Below, in pieces: positions 1 to 9,610 of a stretch of 24,000 nt of DNA. A model generated the notes under the pieces. The model had not been told where the DNA came from and did not search any database. It was given only the letters and a program-made list of their open reading frames with translations. The stretch's first letter is position 1; each line of letters starts with the position of its first letter. Source of the DNA: Nocardia coubleae NBRC 108252 (lineage in GTDB: Bacteria; Actinomycetota; Actinomycetes; Mycobacteriales; Mycobacteriaceae). The position numbers and the translations under genes were made by a program. The stretch is from positions 144,880 to 168,879 of the forward strand of contig NZ_BDBD01000026.1 in NCBI RefSeq assembly GCF_001612805.1. The letters run 5' to 3'.

Positions 1-2
1 TG

Positions 3-914
3 CCGGCCGCGGCCGCTGCCCTCGGCGCCGCTCCCGCTCTGGTGATCCTGTCCGGTGAACAGGGAATCCTCCAGGGCGCCAACCAGTTCCGTGCCCTGGC
101 GACGGTGCTGGCCCTGGCGGGAACCGCTCGCGTCGCACCCGCACTGATCGCGCTCGCGCTCGGCGGCGGTTCGGCGGGCGCCCTGCTCGCCGCGGCAGGC
201 GGACTCGTCGCCGCCGCCTTCCTCGCGGGCCGCATCGTCCGATCGGCGACCGCGAGCGATTCAGCAGACCTGTTGCTCGATGGGCGGACCGCTACCGTCG
301 AAACGCGCGAGCGGGCGATCGGCGTCCTCCCGGTCTTGCGTGCCGTCCAAGTGCAGGCCGCGCTGATGGCCCTGTCCTCGGCCGACCTGATCGTCGTGCG
401 CATCGTCCTCGACGACGCCGACGCCAGCCGCTACTCCCTCGGCACCATCGCCACCAAGATCGCCTTCTGGCTCCCGCAGGCGGTGGGCGTTGTGCTGTAC
501 CCGCGCATGGCCCAGCCGACGCATTCGGCCCGCGCCATCCGCGACGCCCTGTCGGTGCTGTCGCTGATCGGCGTCGTCGCGGTCGTCGGCGCCGCCCTGG
601 CCGCCCCGCTCGCGCCCCTGTTCGCGGGTCAGGACTACGCGCCCATCCAGGGCATGCTGTGGATTTTCGCGCTGCACGGCGCCATGCTCGCCGTGCTGCA
701 GGGCGCGTTGCTGTCGGCGATCGCGGTGGAACGCACCGGCTTGGCGATGGTCACCTGGGTGGGTCTGGCCGTCGAGGTCGCGTTGATGCTCGCCTTCGCC
801 GACAGCATCGGTTCGCTCATCGGCATCGCCGTCTGCGTCGCCGCCGTCACCACGACGATCGTCGCCTTGGTCGTATTGCGCACCGCGCGAAACGACGACG
901 GCCCCGGTCGGTGA
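3..914 (+). CDS. Polytopic membrane protein, C-terminal part (MOP/Wzx-like polysaccharide-biosynthesis/flippase-type); 5' end outside window
   Basis: The frame is open from nt 3, with no stop before the GTG at 42 used by the ORF track. Stop is TGA at 912-914. The product is Ala/Leu/Val-rich with several predicted TM helices, resembling the C-terminal half of polysaccharide-biosynthesis (Wzx/MurJ superfamily) proteins. The family call rests on composition and topology only. Confidence 0.55.
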   Translation, partial: PAAAAALGAAPALVILSGEQGILQGANQFRALATVLALAGTARVAPALIALALGGGSAGALLAAAGGLVAAAFLAGRIVRSATASDSADLLLDGRTATVETRERAIGVLPVLRAVQVQAALMALSSADLIVVRIVLDDADASRYSLGTIATKIAFWLPQAVGVVLYPRMAQPTHSARAIRDALSVLSLIGVVAVVGAALAAPLAPLFAGQDYAPIQGMLWIFALHGAMLAVLQGALLSAIAVERTGLAMVTWVGLAVEVALMLAFADSIGSLIGIAVCVAAVTTTIVALVVLRTARNDDGPGR

Positions 915-927
915 CCGGGGCCGTCGT
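895..927. terminator. Hairpin between convergent genes (perfect 14-bp GC-rich stem, 5-nt loop)
   Basis: ACGACGGCCCCGGT (895-908) is the exact reverse complement of ACCGGGGCCGTCGT (914-927). The hairpin spans the TGA of the upstream gene and lies 13 nt from the stop of the convergent DUF3068 gene. There is no U-tract, as is usual for actinobacterial terminators. Confidence 0.5.
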
Positions 928-939
928 GAACCGCTTGCC

Positions 940-2130
940 TCAGGGGCGTTTGTTCGTGTCGATCTGTTCGGTCGGCGAATCGTAGTCACCGCGCGGGAAC
1001 TGGGTGGTCGGCGCTTCGTCGCCGTCCCAGCGGGTGGCGCCGGTGTCGGCGGCGGTCGGTGCGGGCGTGGGCCGGGTGCCACGCGGCGAGGCGTGGGCCG
1101 GGGCGCTACCGCCGCGCAGACCGAGGAACAGGCCGGCCAGCAGCGCGATCACGCCGAGGATGCCGAGCACGATCGGCACGATGCGGCCGAACAGCGACAG
1201 CTTGTCGGTGTTCTCCTTGGCGATGGCCAGCTGCGACTCCACGGTCGACTCGTCGAAGACGATGTGCGACTTGAGCGCGGTCACCTCGGGCTTGTCGGCC
1301 GTGCGCGCGTAGAACAGGTGGATCGATTCGCCACCCTTGACGACCGTGCCGGTCTGCGGCTCGACCCACAGGTCACGCACGTTGGTGTAGTAGCGGGTCA
1401 TGGTGACCGGCGCGTCGGCCGGCACGTCGGTGACGCCCCACTTGGCGGCGGGCAGGGTGAGCCGGTTGGTCGGCGACTGCACCACGTCCCAGGTGCTGGT
1501 GACGGGCGCGATCATCTGGAACCGGTACACCTTGGTGCTGTTGATCTCGGTCTCTTCGATGAAGTTGGCGTCGAAGGACTTGCGCACGTTGATGTCGAAG
1601 TACGGGTACGTCTTCTTCTCGGTGCCGATCGGGAAGCGGTAGCCGATGCCGGTGTGCTGCACCGGTTCCATCACGCTGCCGTCCTTGTTGACGGTGACCG
1701 CGATGGAGCCGTTGGGCTCCTCGTCGACCGGCATGCCGGTGGTGCGCGAGATGGTGACGCGGTCGATGGCCGCGGTGAGCAGGCCCGTGTCACCCTGCAC
1801 ATCGGTGCGGCGCAGCGTCTGACCCGCCTGCAGCGTCATCTTGTCGGCGTCGGAGGGCTCCTCGACGGTGACGAAACGTTGCGAGATCAGCGGCACGTTC
1901 TTGTTGACAACGGCCGGACCGTCACCGGAGGTCAGCGACTTGGAGTCGAGGACGAGACTGTCCTCACCAGGCTGGTTCTCCGCGATGGTGGTGATCTCGA
2001 GGTCGAGCGGAGTCTTGGCCACCTTGCTCACGGTGTAGGTGGGGATCATGAGCGCGGCAACAAGCAATGCCGCGCCCAGACCCACGAGCACGCAGGCGAC
2101 CGTCCTTCTGGTACCGGCACTCAGTGCCAT
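940..2130 (-). CDS. DUF3068-type (PorA-family-like) cell-envelope protein with N- and C-terminal TM anchors and a Pro-rich tail
   Basis: 396-aa ORF. It has an N-terminal TM helix (VACVLVGLGAALLVAALMIP), a large soluble beta-rich middle, a second TM helix (IVPIVLGILGVIALLAGLFLGL) and a Pro/Thr-rich C-terminus. This architecture and size match the Corynebacteriales DUF3068 family as I remember it. Confidence 0.6.
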   Translation of the reverse strand: MALSAGTRRTVACVLVGLGAALLVAALMIPTYTVSKVAKTPLDLEITTIAENQPGEDSLVLDSKSLTSGDGPAVVNKNVPLISQRFVTVEEPSDADKMTLQAGQTLRRTDVQGDTGLLTAAIDRVTISRTTGMPVDEEPNGSIAVTVNKDGSVMEPVQHTGIGYRFPIGTEKKTYPYFDINVRKSFDANFIEETEINSTKVYRFQMIAPVTSTWDVVQSPTNRLTLPAAKWGVTDVPADAPVTMTRYYTNVRDLWVEPQTGTVVKGGESIHLFYARTADKPEVTALKSHIVFDESTVESQLAIAKENTDKLSLFGRIVPIVLGILGVIALLAGLFLGLRGGSAPAHASPRGTRPTPAPTAADTGATRWDGDEAPTTQFPRGDYDSPTEQIDTNKRP

Positions 2131-2239
2131 GCAAACTCTCCTCGTCGTTCGAACACGGATTGAGCCGACACTAACAGCCCATGACGACGGAAGGCGGCGC
2201 TGTGCCCGCTAAATCGCCGACACGGCAGACTGGACCCCG

Positions 2240-3403
2240 ATGACGAGCCCGCACGCCCCCGTTCCGCCGCCGCGCACCTTCATCCCCGCCCTGGAAGGAA
2301 TGCGTGGGATGGCGGCGCTCGGCGTGCTCGTCACCCACGTCGCCTTCCAGACCGCGGCATCCGGAACACCGGTGCTCGGGCCGATTCTGGAACGCTTCGA
2401 CATGGCGGTCGCGGTGTTCTTCGCGCTGTCGGGTTTCCTGCTGTGGCGGCCGCACGCGGCGGCCGCGCACGGGGTGGGTGCGGCGCCGTCGACGGGGCGG
2501 TACCTGCTGCACCGTTTCGCCAGGATCATGCCCGCCTATTGGGCCGTCGTGGTGTTCGTGCTCGTGTTGCTGCCCGGCGCCGCACAGACGGCGAACCTGC
2601 GGGTGTGGGTGTCGAATCTGTTCCTGCTGCAGGTGTTCGTCCCCTTGACACTCACCGACGGCCTCACCCAGATGTGGAGCCTGTCGGTGGAGGTGGCCTT
2701 CTACCTGGTGCTTCCGGTGTTGGCGTTGGCGTTCGTCCGGCTGCGTGGTCCGTCGGCGCGGTGGCGGGTGCCCGTGCTGTGCGTGCTGGCCGCGGTGAGC
2801 CTCACGTGGAACCTGTGGCCGGTGCCGACACCCGACGCCATCCACGCCGACAACTGGCTGCCCGCCTACATCCCGTGGTTCGCGGCGGGCATGCTGCTCG
2901 CCGAACTGATCTACCGCCTGCGCACCGATGCGCGCTGGCCGAAGCTGCTGGCGAATCAGCCGCTGATGTGGGGCTTCGCGCTGGTCGCGTTTCTGATCTC
3001 GGCGACGGAGTTCGGCGGGCCGGCCGGTCTGGAACGTGCCGAGCCGTGGCAGTACGCGGTGAAAATGCTGCTCGGGGCGATCATCGGCTTCGGCCTGCTG
3101 GCACCGCTGGTGCTGCGCCCGGCCGACGCGCCACCGCATCGCTGGCTGGAATCGCGCACGGCGGCGGTGCTCGGCCGGTGGTCCTACGGGGTGTTCCTGT
3201 GGCACCTGGTGGTGCTGTCCATGGTGTTCCCGGTGTTCAGCCTGTTGCCGTTCAGCGGCAGCTTCCTGTACGTCCTCGTGCTCACCACCGCGCTGACCTT
3301 GCCGCTGGCCGCCGCGAGCTACGCGCTGATCGAGGAACCCGCGCGTCGGCTGGCCCGGCGCTGGGACAAGCGGAGGGCTGTGAAAGAAACCGCCCGCGTC
3401 TGA
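2240..3403 (+). CDS. Acyltransferase family 3 integral membrane protein
   Basis: 387 aa with about 10 TM helices. The N-terminal motif LEGMRGMAALGVLVTHV is typical of acyltransferase_3 (OafA/YrhL-like) O-acyltransferases. Confidence 0.8.
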   Translation: MTSPHAPVPPPRTFIPALEGMRGMAALGVLVTHVAFQTAASGTPVLGPILERFDMAVAVFFALSGFLLWRPHAAAAHGVGAAPSTGRYLLHRFARIMPAYWAVVVFVLVLLPGAAQTANLRVWVSNLFLLQVFVPLTLTDGLTQMWSLSVEVAFYLVLPVLALAFVRLRGPSARWRVPVLCVLAAVSLTWNLWPVPTPDAIHADNWLPAYIPWFAAGMLLAELIYRLRTDARWPKLLANQPLMWGFALVAFLISATEFGGPAGLERAEPWQYAVKMLLGAIIGFGLLAPLVLRPADAPPHRWLESRTAAVLGRWSYGVFLWHLVVLSMVFPVFSLLPFSGSFLYVLVLTTALTLPLAAASYALIEEPARRLARRWDKRRAVKETARV

Positions 3404-3470
3404 GCCGGTGAGGCGGCATTGTCGGGCGACATCCCGTCCGTCCGGCCCGATGGCGCCGCCCGGCCACAGG

Positions 3471-6400
3471 TCAGCGCCGGCGTGGAAGTGCGGCGACTCC
3501 CACCGCGACAACAGCGATGACCGCGGGTGCCTGCGCCCAGATCGAGCCACCCATATAGGTGGTGCCCGACCGCCATGTGCCGGTCGACAACGCCGCCACC
3601 GAGACCAACGTCCCGACACCGGCGACCCAGGGCAGTACCCGACTCGTCACAGCGGGCCGGAAGTGACTGCACGCCACCGCGACAACGGTGCACACCACAC
3701 CGAACGGACCGGAGACCACCGCCACCGCACCGGTGAGCCCGAGCGCGGCGAGTGGGCGGGTACCCCATGTGGTCGGTGCCGGGCCGACGTCGGGGACCGG
3801 TCGCCGACGCGGAATGGCAAGCAGCACAAGCGGAATCAGCAGCAGTAGACCACCGAAGATCGCCAGCCGGTACCACCGGTCGTCCGGGAACGATACGGTG
3901 ATCTCCCCGCTCGCCCCCGCCGGAACGAGCCAAGCCTGCTGCCAACCGTCGACCACGACGGGCTTCAACAGCTGCCCGTCGGAGGTGTGTGCTTCCCAGC
4001 CGACGTTGGTGCTCAACGGCAGTACCAGCAATCGTGCCTTCGTCGAATCGGCTGCCGGCGCAGAGGGGCCTTCGTGGGTCGCATCGCGGGCGGGGGCTGA
4101 ACTCCGAGCGCCTGATTCGCTGGTTGAGCTGTCGACGTCGGTCGGGCTCGCGGGCGCGTCAGCCGCACTGTTCTCGTCGATTGGCTCGCTGGGCCCGCCG
4201 GCAGTGCTGTTCTCTTCGGCCGGGCCGGCGGGATCGCCCCCACTGCTGTTCTCGCCGCCAGCGCTCGATTCGGAAGAATCGCTTGTCCCGCCAAGGATCG
4301 GGGCGGTTGCGAGATCGGTGCGGGGCAGCCGAATCCGGTCGACCGTGAACAGTTCCGTCGGCACGACGGTGAGGTCGGGCTTGCCGGGCAGCAATTCGAT
4401 ATCGGCCGCGTCCAATTCGCAGGGGCGTGCGGAAACCGGTGCACCCGATCGGAGTTCGTCGGCGGTCGCGGTGACGGTCGTGTGTACTGCGCGCCCGCCG
4501 ATGGCGATCACCGGCCCGGCCTCGCAGCCGATGGTCACGAGTCGGTCGCCGGGGGCGTGGGCGGGGTAGTCGGGGCCGAGTACTTCCACTTCGGCGAGCC
4601 CGGCCGGCTGGGTGAGGACGAAGCCGAGTGCGGTGCGGTCGAGCACCTCGTTCCACTGCTGAATGCTCACCTCGACCCGATCGGTAACGGTGGGGTGCAG
4701 CGAGATTCGTGCGGGTTCGCCGTGTTCGCGTTCGGGCAGTTCGCGCATCTGCGGACCGTTGCCGAGGTTCACCACCACGGAGGTGGCGGTGGCGGGCAGA
4801 CCGCCGAGCGCCGTGGTGATGTCGAGCCCGGTCACCAGCGCGGGTTCCGGAAGTTCCAGCACCAGTGTTGGTTTAGCACCCGCGAGCCCACGGACGGTGG
4901 CTTCCGGGGCGGTCCAGGTGGTTCGGGGGTCGCCGTCGGTGGCGGCGAAGGCGGCGCCGCGCAGGTCGGCGACATCGGCCTTGCCGCGCGCGATCGGTCT
5001 GGCCGGGTCGGTGAGCAGCGCTTCGAGCGCCGGTCCGGGGCGGGTGCGCACGGTCAGGTCGGTGCTCACCCGCATCGGTTCGGGCACCGAAAGCGTCCGC
5101 CCGAAGACGCCGGGTTCCTCGGCGGGCAGACCGAGTCCCTTGCTGCAGTGCACCCGCAACGGCCCGTCGAAACACGCTGTGCGACCAGGGAATTCCTGCC
5201 CGAGGTCCCAGCCGGTCACCGTGGTGCCCGCCGGAGCATCGGGGAGCACGACTCGATGCCGGATATCGACGCGTACCGGCGCCTCCCGTACCGAATAGTC
5301 GTCGAGGGTGAGTTCGCTGATCCCGAATTGCCCACCACGGGTGCCGGTTTCGGTGCGCGCGGCGGTGATCATCACCCACTCGGTGCGGCCCGCGGGCAGG
5401 GCGACGGTGACCGGCGCACCGGGTTCGGTGATCCGGGCCGACACCGTTCCGCGCGACGTGCGCACCTCCACCCACTTCACCGGATCGCCGAGCGCGGCCG
5501 CGGTCGTGGTGAACTGCAGCGAACCGCTGGTGATCGGCTTGTCCAGATCCAGCCGGAGCCACTGGCCGAGTGCGGATTCCGCGCCGTTGCTGATCCATGC
5601 GGTGCTCGGATCGCCGTCCACGGCGGCGGCGGTGGAACTGCCGGGTGCCGCGCCGCCGATCTGGGTGGCGTCGGCCGCCGAACTGGAGGTGGTCACCTTC
5701 GCACCGGACCACTGGGCTCGGACGAGTTCGGTGCCGTCGACGGGATAGTCGGGGACGAGGTTGTGGGTTCGGCGGGCGTCGTCCGGAGCGCGGACGGCGG
5801 AGTTGTGGTTGTCCACCCGCCCGAAATCTGATTCCCGGTCCATCGGTGTGTCGGTCAGCAGCACCGGTTCGGTCGGGAGTCCGGCGCGTGCGGCGTCGGC
5901 TTCGAGAAGCACTGGGCCGCTTGCTCCGTCACGACGAACACGCTCGAGCACCTCGGGTCCGCCGCGCACGACGGGCACCGAGTCGAGCCCCACCGTGTAG
6001 GCGCCGGGGACCGAGTCGGGGGCGCCGGTGCCGCTGCGCACCTGCGTCGGCGTGCCAGGCGTCGCGTGGTCCACCCGGTAGATCTCGATGGCCGGGTACG
6101 ACGGCAGCAGGTCGTTGTCGACGACCAGGCCCGCGTCGTCGGCGCGCGGTCCGATGGGCGTGCCGAATTCGGCGACCTTGGTGAGCCCCGGTGAGCCCTC
6201 GATGGCCTGGTGCGCCAGCATCGGCCGGGTGGAGCGGGAGGTCTCCGGGTCGAGGTCGTTGCGCAGCACCACGATTCCGATGCCTTGGTTCGCCAGGGTG
6301 GTGGCCAGTCCGGTCGACGGTCGTCCGTCGGCGATGAGCCGCTGCACCGAGTCCATGGCGCGGATGGTGCCCGGCGGATTCAGCGGCACCGAATCGCGCA

Positions 6401-8153
6401 CGGCCCATGGGGTACTCGCCACCGCCTGCAGTGGTTCGTCGCGGGTGAGTCCCCAGATCTGGCTGCCGAAGGGCGCCCCGGGGACGACCAACGCGCGAGT
6501 GTCGGCGGCATTGTCGGCGAGCCATCGCGCGGTGTCGGTCCAGTAGGCAGGCACCCGGTCGTAGGCGCCGCGCGGGGCGAGTCGACCGGTCCACGCCAGC
6601 GAGGTCGCGAGGGTGAGCGCGGCGAGAACCAGGGCCGCCACGGCCACGACACGATCGCGTTCCGGATGGGCGAAGGCATTGCGCCACACCGGCATCGGCA
6701 CCGACGCGGGCAGTGGCACCCGGCCGAGCAGGTGCGCGAGCCCGACCACCAGCGGCAACCGGATCAGCGGCTCCAGCTTGTGCACATTGCGCAGCGGCGC
6801 ACCACCGGAGTCGAGGAAGATCCGCACCGATTCCGCGAACGGCCCGCCGAGCGTGCCGACATACCCGGCGCAGATCCCCGCCAACCCCACACACAGGATC
6901 AGCACGAACCGCCCGCGATACGGCATCGACGACCGCGCGAGCCCCGCCATGCCCGCCGCCGCGAGCAGCCCGGTGGCGAGCACCGCGGCGGGCTGGGTCA
7001 CCAGCACGGCCCCCGCGATCCGCTCGGGCGACACGAACGGCGTCCAACTGTCGGTACCGCGCAACACCTCACTCAGTGCCGCCCACTGCGTGGTCACGCC
7101 CGACGACTCGATGTAGTCGAGGAACGGCGGACTCACCTTCCCGAGCAGCAGCAGCGGCACCACCCACCAGAACGTGGCGAGCACGAGCAACGGGATCCAC
7201 GCCCGCGTGAACCGCCACCACCGCCGGTTCGGTCGGTAGGAGGCCCACCACAGCGCGGCGGGCAGGAACGCGGCCACTGTCGCGACTGCATTCACCGACC
7301 CCATCAAAGCGAGCGCGAGCGCACTACCAGCGGGCGAGAGGATTCCGCCGCGCGTGGGTCCAGGCGCAACCGACTCGCCGGCACTCGAGCCGCGACCGGC
7401 CCGCACTACTCGGCCACGCAGGCGGCCGACTTCGCCGGACTCGGCGTTCCCGACCGCGCTCCCCGCAGTGCCGGTGGTGACAGGATTGACCACACTGTCG
7501 TCCGGCGCGTTGTCGCCTGGACTGTCGGGCCGCGGACTTTCCGGCGCCGTGTCGACCCCCGTGGACTTACCGCGCAGTGCGACGCCGAGCGCGGCCGGCG
7601 CGAGCAGCACCCACGGCGCCAGCATCATCGGCAGCGTCTCCGAGGAGATCGACCCGAGCGTGGTGAGCACCCGTGGCGACAATGCGAACGCGATACCCGC
7701 GATCACCCGCGACCCACGCGCCCCGATACCGAGGGTTTCGCACAGCTTGACGATGCCCCAGAACCCGGCAAGCAGCAGCAGCGCCCACCACACGCGCTGG
7801 GTAACCCAGGCGGGCACATGCAGGAGGTGACCCGCGGAGAAGAACGCGCCGTGCGGGAAGAAGTAGCCGTAGGCCTGGTTCTGCACCTGACCCATGGGCG
7901 CCTGGCTGCTCCACAGGTGCGCGGCGCGCGCGAGGAAGCCGAGGGGGTTCTGGGCGAGGTCGTATTTGGTGTCGGCGACGGTGAGGCCGGGCGCCTGCGC
8001 GAAGGTCAGGACGAAGGCGGCTACGACCGAGCCGACGAACCAGCGCCAGCCCAGTGGCGCCTTGTTCAGGTGCCCCGAGGGGCGCGACGCACGGGCCTGC
8101 GCGTCAGCGGCTGCCGTATTCAGGAGCGTTGAGCAGCGAGGAGTCCTTGTCAC
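3471..8153 (-). CDS. aftD: AftD-type alpha-(1->3)-arabinofuranosyltransferase (GT-C membrane domain, DUF3367, plus discoidin/CBM-like domains)
   Basis: 1560-aa ORF. The N-terminal GT-C-like polytopic region contains LGWRW...DTKYDL...NQAYGYFFPHG. The large soluble region carries two discoidin-type motifs (VDGDPSTAWIS and TDGDPRTTWTA), and a C-terminal TM bundle follows. Size, motifs and the adjacent DUF2613 gene match mycobacterial Rv0236c. The only in-frame canonical start is GTG at 8153. Confidence 0.85.
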   Translation of the reverse strand: MTRTPRCSTLLNTAAADAQARASRPSGHLNKAPLGWRWFVGSVVAAFVLTFAQAPGLTVADTKYDLAQNPLGFLARAAHLWSSQAPMGQVQNQAYGYFFPHGAFFSAGHLLHVPAWVTQRVWWALLLLAGFWGIVKLCETLGIGARGSRVIAGIAFALSPRVLTTLGSISSETLPMMLAPWVLLAPAALGVALRGKSTGVDTAPESPRPDSPGDNAPDDSVVNPVTTGTAGSAVGNAESGEVGRLRGRVVRAGRGSSAGESVAPGPTRGGILSPAGSALALALMGSVNAVATVAAFLPAALWWASYRPNRRWWRFTRAWIPLLVLATFWWVVPLLLLGKVSPPFLDYIESSGVTTQWAALSEVLRGTDSWTPFVSPERIAGAVLVTQPAAVLATGLLAAAGMAGLARSSMPYRGRFVLILCVGLAGICAGYVGTLGGPFAESVRIFLDSGGAPLRNVHKLEPLIRLPLVVGLAHLLGRVPLPASVPMPVWRNAFAHPERDRVVAVAALVLAALTLATSLAWTGRLAPRGAYDRVPAYWTDTARWLADNAADTRALVVPGAPFGSQIWGLTRDEPLQAVASTPWAVRDSVPLNPPGTIRAMDSVQRLIADGRPSTGLATTLANQGIGIVVLRNDLDPETSRSTRPMLAHQAIEGSPGLTKVAEFGTPIGPRADDAGLVVDNDLLPSYPAIEIYRVDHATPGTPTQVRSGTGAPDSVPGAYTVGLDSVPVVRGGPEVLERVRRDGASGPVLLEADAARAGLPTEPVLLTDTPMDRESDFGRVDNHNSAVRAPDDARRTHNLVPDYPVDGTELVRAQWSGAKVTTSSSAADATQIGGAAPGSSTAAAVDGDPSTAWISNGAESALGQWLRLDLDKPITSGSLQFTTTAAALGDPVKWVEVRTSRGTVSARITEPGAPVTVALPAGRTEWVMITAARTETGTRGGQFGISELTLDDYSVREAPVRVDIRHRVVLPDAPAGTTVTGWDLGQEFPGRTACFDGPLRVHCSKGLGLPAEEPGVFGRTLSVPEPMRVSTDLTVRTRPGPALEALLTDPARPIARGKADVADLRGAAFAATDGDPRTTWTAPEATVRGLAGAKPTLVLELPEPALVTGLDITTALGGLPATATSVVVNLGNGPQMRELPEREHGEPARISLHPTVTDRVEVSIQQWNEVLDRTALGFVLTQPAGLAEVEVLGPDYPAHAPGDRLVTIGCEAGPVIAIGGRAVHTTVTATADELRSGAPVSARPCELDAADIELLPGKPDLTVVPTELFTVDRIRLPRTDLATAPILGGTSDSSESSAGGENSSGGDPAGPAEENSTAGGPSEPIDENSAADAPASPTDVDSSTSESGARSSAPARDATHEGPSAPAADSTKARLLVLPLSTNVGWEAHTSDGQLLKPVVVDGWQQAWLVPAGASGEITVSFPDDRWYRLAIFGGLLLLIPLVLLAIPRRRPVPDVGPAPTTWGTRPLAALGLTGAVAVVSGPFGVVCTVVAVACSHFRPAVTSRVLPWVAGVGTLVSVAALSTGTWRSGTTYMGGSIWAQAPAVIAVVAVGVAALPRRR

Positions 8154-8274
8154 CGCTGCGGTCGATCGAGGGAGCCGTGTTCTGCTGCACCGCTGCCGTG
8201 ATGGCGAAGACGGCGATCGCGCTCAGCAGGGCGCCGCCGACCGCGCTGGCAACAGCCGGAACAGCAAACTTCAT
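8104..8274 (-). CDS. Small secreted/membrane protein, DUF2613 (Rv0236A-like)
   Basis: MKFAVPAVASAVGGALLSAIAVFAITAAV... (56 aa from the ATG at 8274; the ORF track begins 4 codons earlier at 8286). It has a single N-terminal hydrophobic segment and a C-terminal ...PEYGSR. Its position immediately upstream of aftD mirrors Rv0236A/Rv0236c. Confidence 0.65.
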   Translation of the reverse strand: MKFAVPAVASAVGGALLSAIAVFAITAAVQQNTAPSIDRSGDKDSSLLNAPEYGSR

Positions 8275-8341
8275 CGCGCACTCCAATACGTCGACGTCGG
8301 GGCCTGTCTGGTGGCCAACCTAGCAGGTGTGCGCCGGTAGG

Positions 8342-9553
8342 TCAGCGTTCGGGCAGTTCGCAACGCAGGGCGGCGAGCAGAGTGCGGAATTTGGCGGTGG
8401 TCTCGGCCAGTTCCTCGGCCGGATCGGAGTCGGCGACGATTCCGCCGCCCGCGCTCGCCCGCAGGACGCGCCGGTCGGCCGACAGTTCCCCGCCCCGGAT
8501 GGCGACCACCCATTCACCGTCGCCGTTGCTGTCGCACCAGCCCACCGCCCCGCCGTAGAAACCGCGCCGTTCGTCGGCGGTGACGGCGTCGAGCGCCGCG
8601 GCGAAGGGGGTGCCGTTCACAGCGGGCGTCGGATGCAGCAGCAGCGCCAGGTCGAGCGCGGTAGTCGACGGGTCACGCAACACCCCGCTGATGGGGGTGG
8701 CGAGGTGCCAGACCTGTTCGGTGCTCAGCAGTTCGGGCCGCTCGGGGATGTGCAGTTCCGCGCACACGGGCCCGAGCTGCTGCCGGATCCACTCGATGAC
8801 GAATCCGTGTTCGTCGTTGTTCTTACTGCTGGACAACAATTTACGGGCCTGCGCCGCATCGGCCTCCGCGTCGGGCAGTCGCGGCAACGTGCCCGCGAGT
8901 GGATGCAGACTCACGCGATCGCCGTGGCGCGTCACCAGTACCTCGGGCGTGGCGCCGAGCAGTGTCTGCCCCGCTCGGCCCGCCGCCGACAGGTCGACCG
9001 CGTACACGTTGGCGGTGGGATGCCTGGTCAGCAGATACCCCGCGAGCGCCTCGGGATCGAGCTGATCGGCGGCTTCGACGACGACGCTGCGCGCGGCGAC
9101 CACCTTGCGCAACTCGTCGGCCGGATCGGCGAGCCGTTCGACCAGCTTCTGGACCCGTATCACATGTTCTGCCGCACTGGGTGATTCGGCCACAACGCGC
9201 ATCTGCGGCAACGGTGGCAGCGCAGCCGGACGCCACGCTCCGGCCGTGTGCACAGCCTTCTCGGGCCGCCAGAGCGCGGCGGGTTCGCGGGGATCGAACG
9301 GCAATGCACCGACCACCAACTCGGGCGCCTCGTCGGGCTGTCCGCTCGGGTCGAGCTCGTCGCCCGTACTGAGTTCTTCGCCCGTACCGGGCTGTGCGGG
9401 CAAGCCGACCACCGACTCGGATCGTTCACCCGCACCCACACCCGCGCGCCACGCGCGCAGCGCCGCGACCGCCGCCGTGGGGTCCGCGAAGTTCGTGCGC
9501 ACCCCGTCGGCGCGCAACACCGAGTCGGGTCGGGCCAACAGAAATCCGCTCAT
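8342..9553 (-). CDS. Isochorismate synthase (chorismate-binding enzyme, MenF/EntC type)
   Basis: The C-terminal chorismate-binding signature is present (FYGGAVGWCDSNGDGEWVVAIRGG ... ASAGGGIVADSDPAEELAETTAKF). The length, about 400 aa, fits the family. I prefer the ATG at 9553 (MSGFLLARPDSVL...) over the TTG at 9607 used by the ORF track, so the start is uncertain by 18 codons. Confidence 0.8.
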   Translation of the reverse strand: MSGFLLARPDSVLRADGVRTNFADPTAAVAALRAWRAGVGAGERSESVVGLPAQPGTGEELSTGDELDPSGQPDEAPELVVGALPFDPREPAALWRPEKAVHTAGAWRPAALPPLPQMRVVAESPSAAEHVIRVQKLVERLADPADELRKVVAARSVVVEAADQLDPEALAGYLLTRHPTANVYAVDLSAAGRAGQTLLGATPEVLVTRHGDRVSLHPLAGTLPRLPDAEADAAQARKLLSSSKNNDEHGFVIEWIRQQLGPVCAELHIPERPELLSTEQVWHLATPISGVLRDPSTTALDLALLLHPTPAVNGTPFAAALDAVTADERRGFYGGAVGWCDSNGDGEWVVAIRGGELSADRRVLRASAGGGIVADSDPAEELAETTAKFRTLLAALRCELPER

Positions 9554-9610
9554 AGTGGTTCGACCATAACGCTGCGTACCCACCGCCGAACCGCGAGAGC
9601 GACGCAACTC

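Noticed and set aside
1093-2163. 356-aa + strand ORF (with 261-1082 and other short ORFs) overlapping the DUF3068 and flippase-like genes
   Set aside because: It lies antisense or out of frame to genes with coherent TM and soluble architecture. Its composition is dominated by Arg/Gly/Asp/His/Val, as expected from reading GC-rich codons in the wrong frame.
2171-3619. 482-aa ORF on the minus strand, opposite the acyltransferase gene
   Set aside because: It is entirely antisense to a well-supported membrane acyltransferase. The product is Arg/Gly/His/Gln/Pro-rich with no recognisable motif. This is a typical stop-poor antisense frame in ~70% GC DNA.
4482-8132. Several long + strand ORFs (4482-5831, 6210-8132 and 3688-4569; also 5929-7047 on the minus strand in another frame) inside the aftD region
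   Set aside because: All overlap the 1560-aa AftD ORF, which has clear family motifs. Their products are Arg/Gly/Pro-rich low-complexity sequences without motifs.
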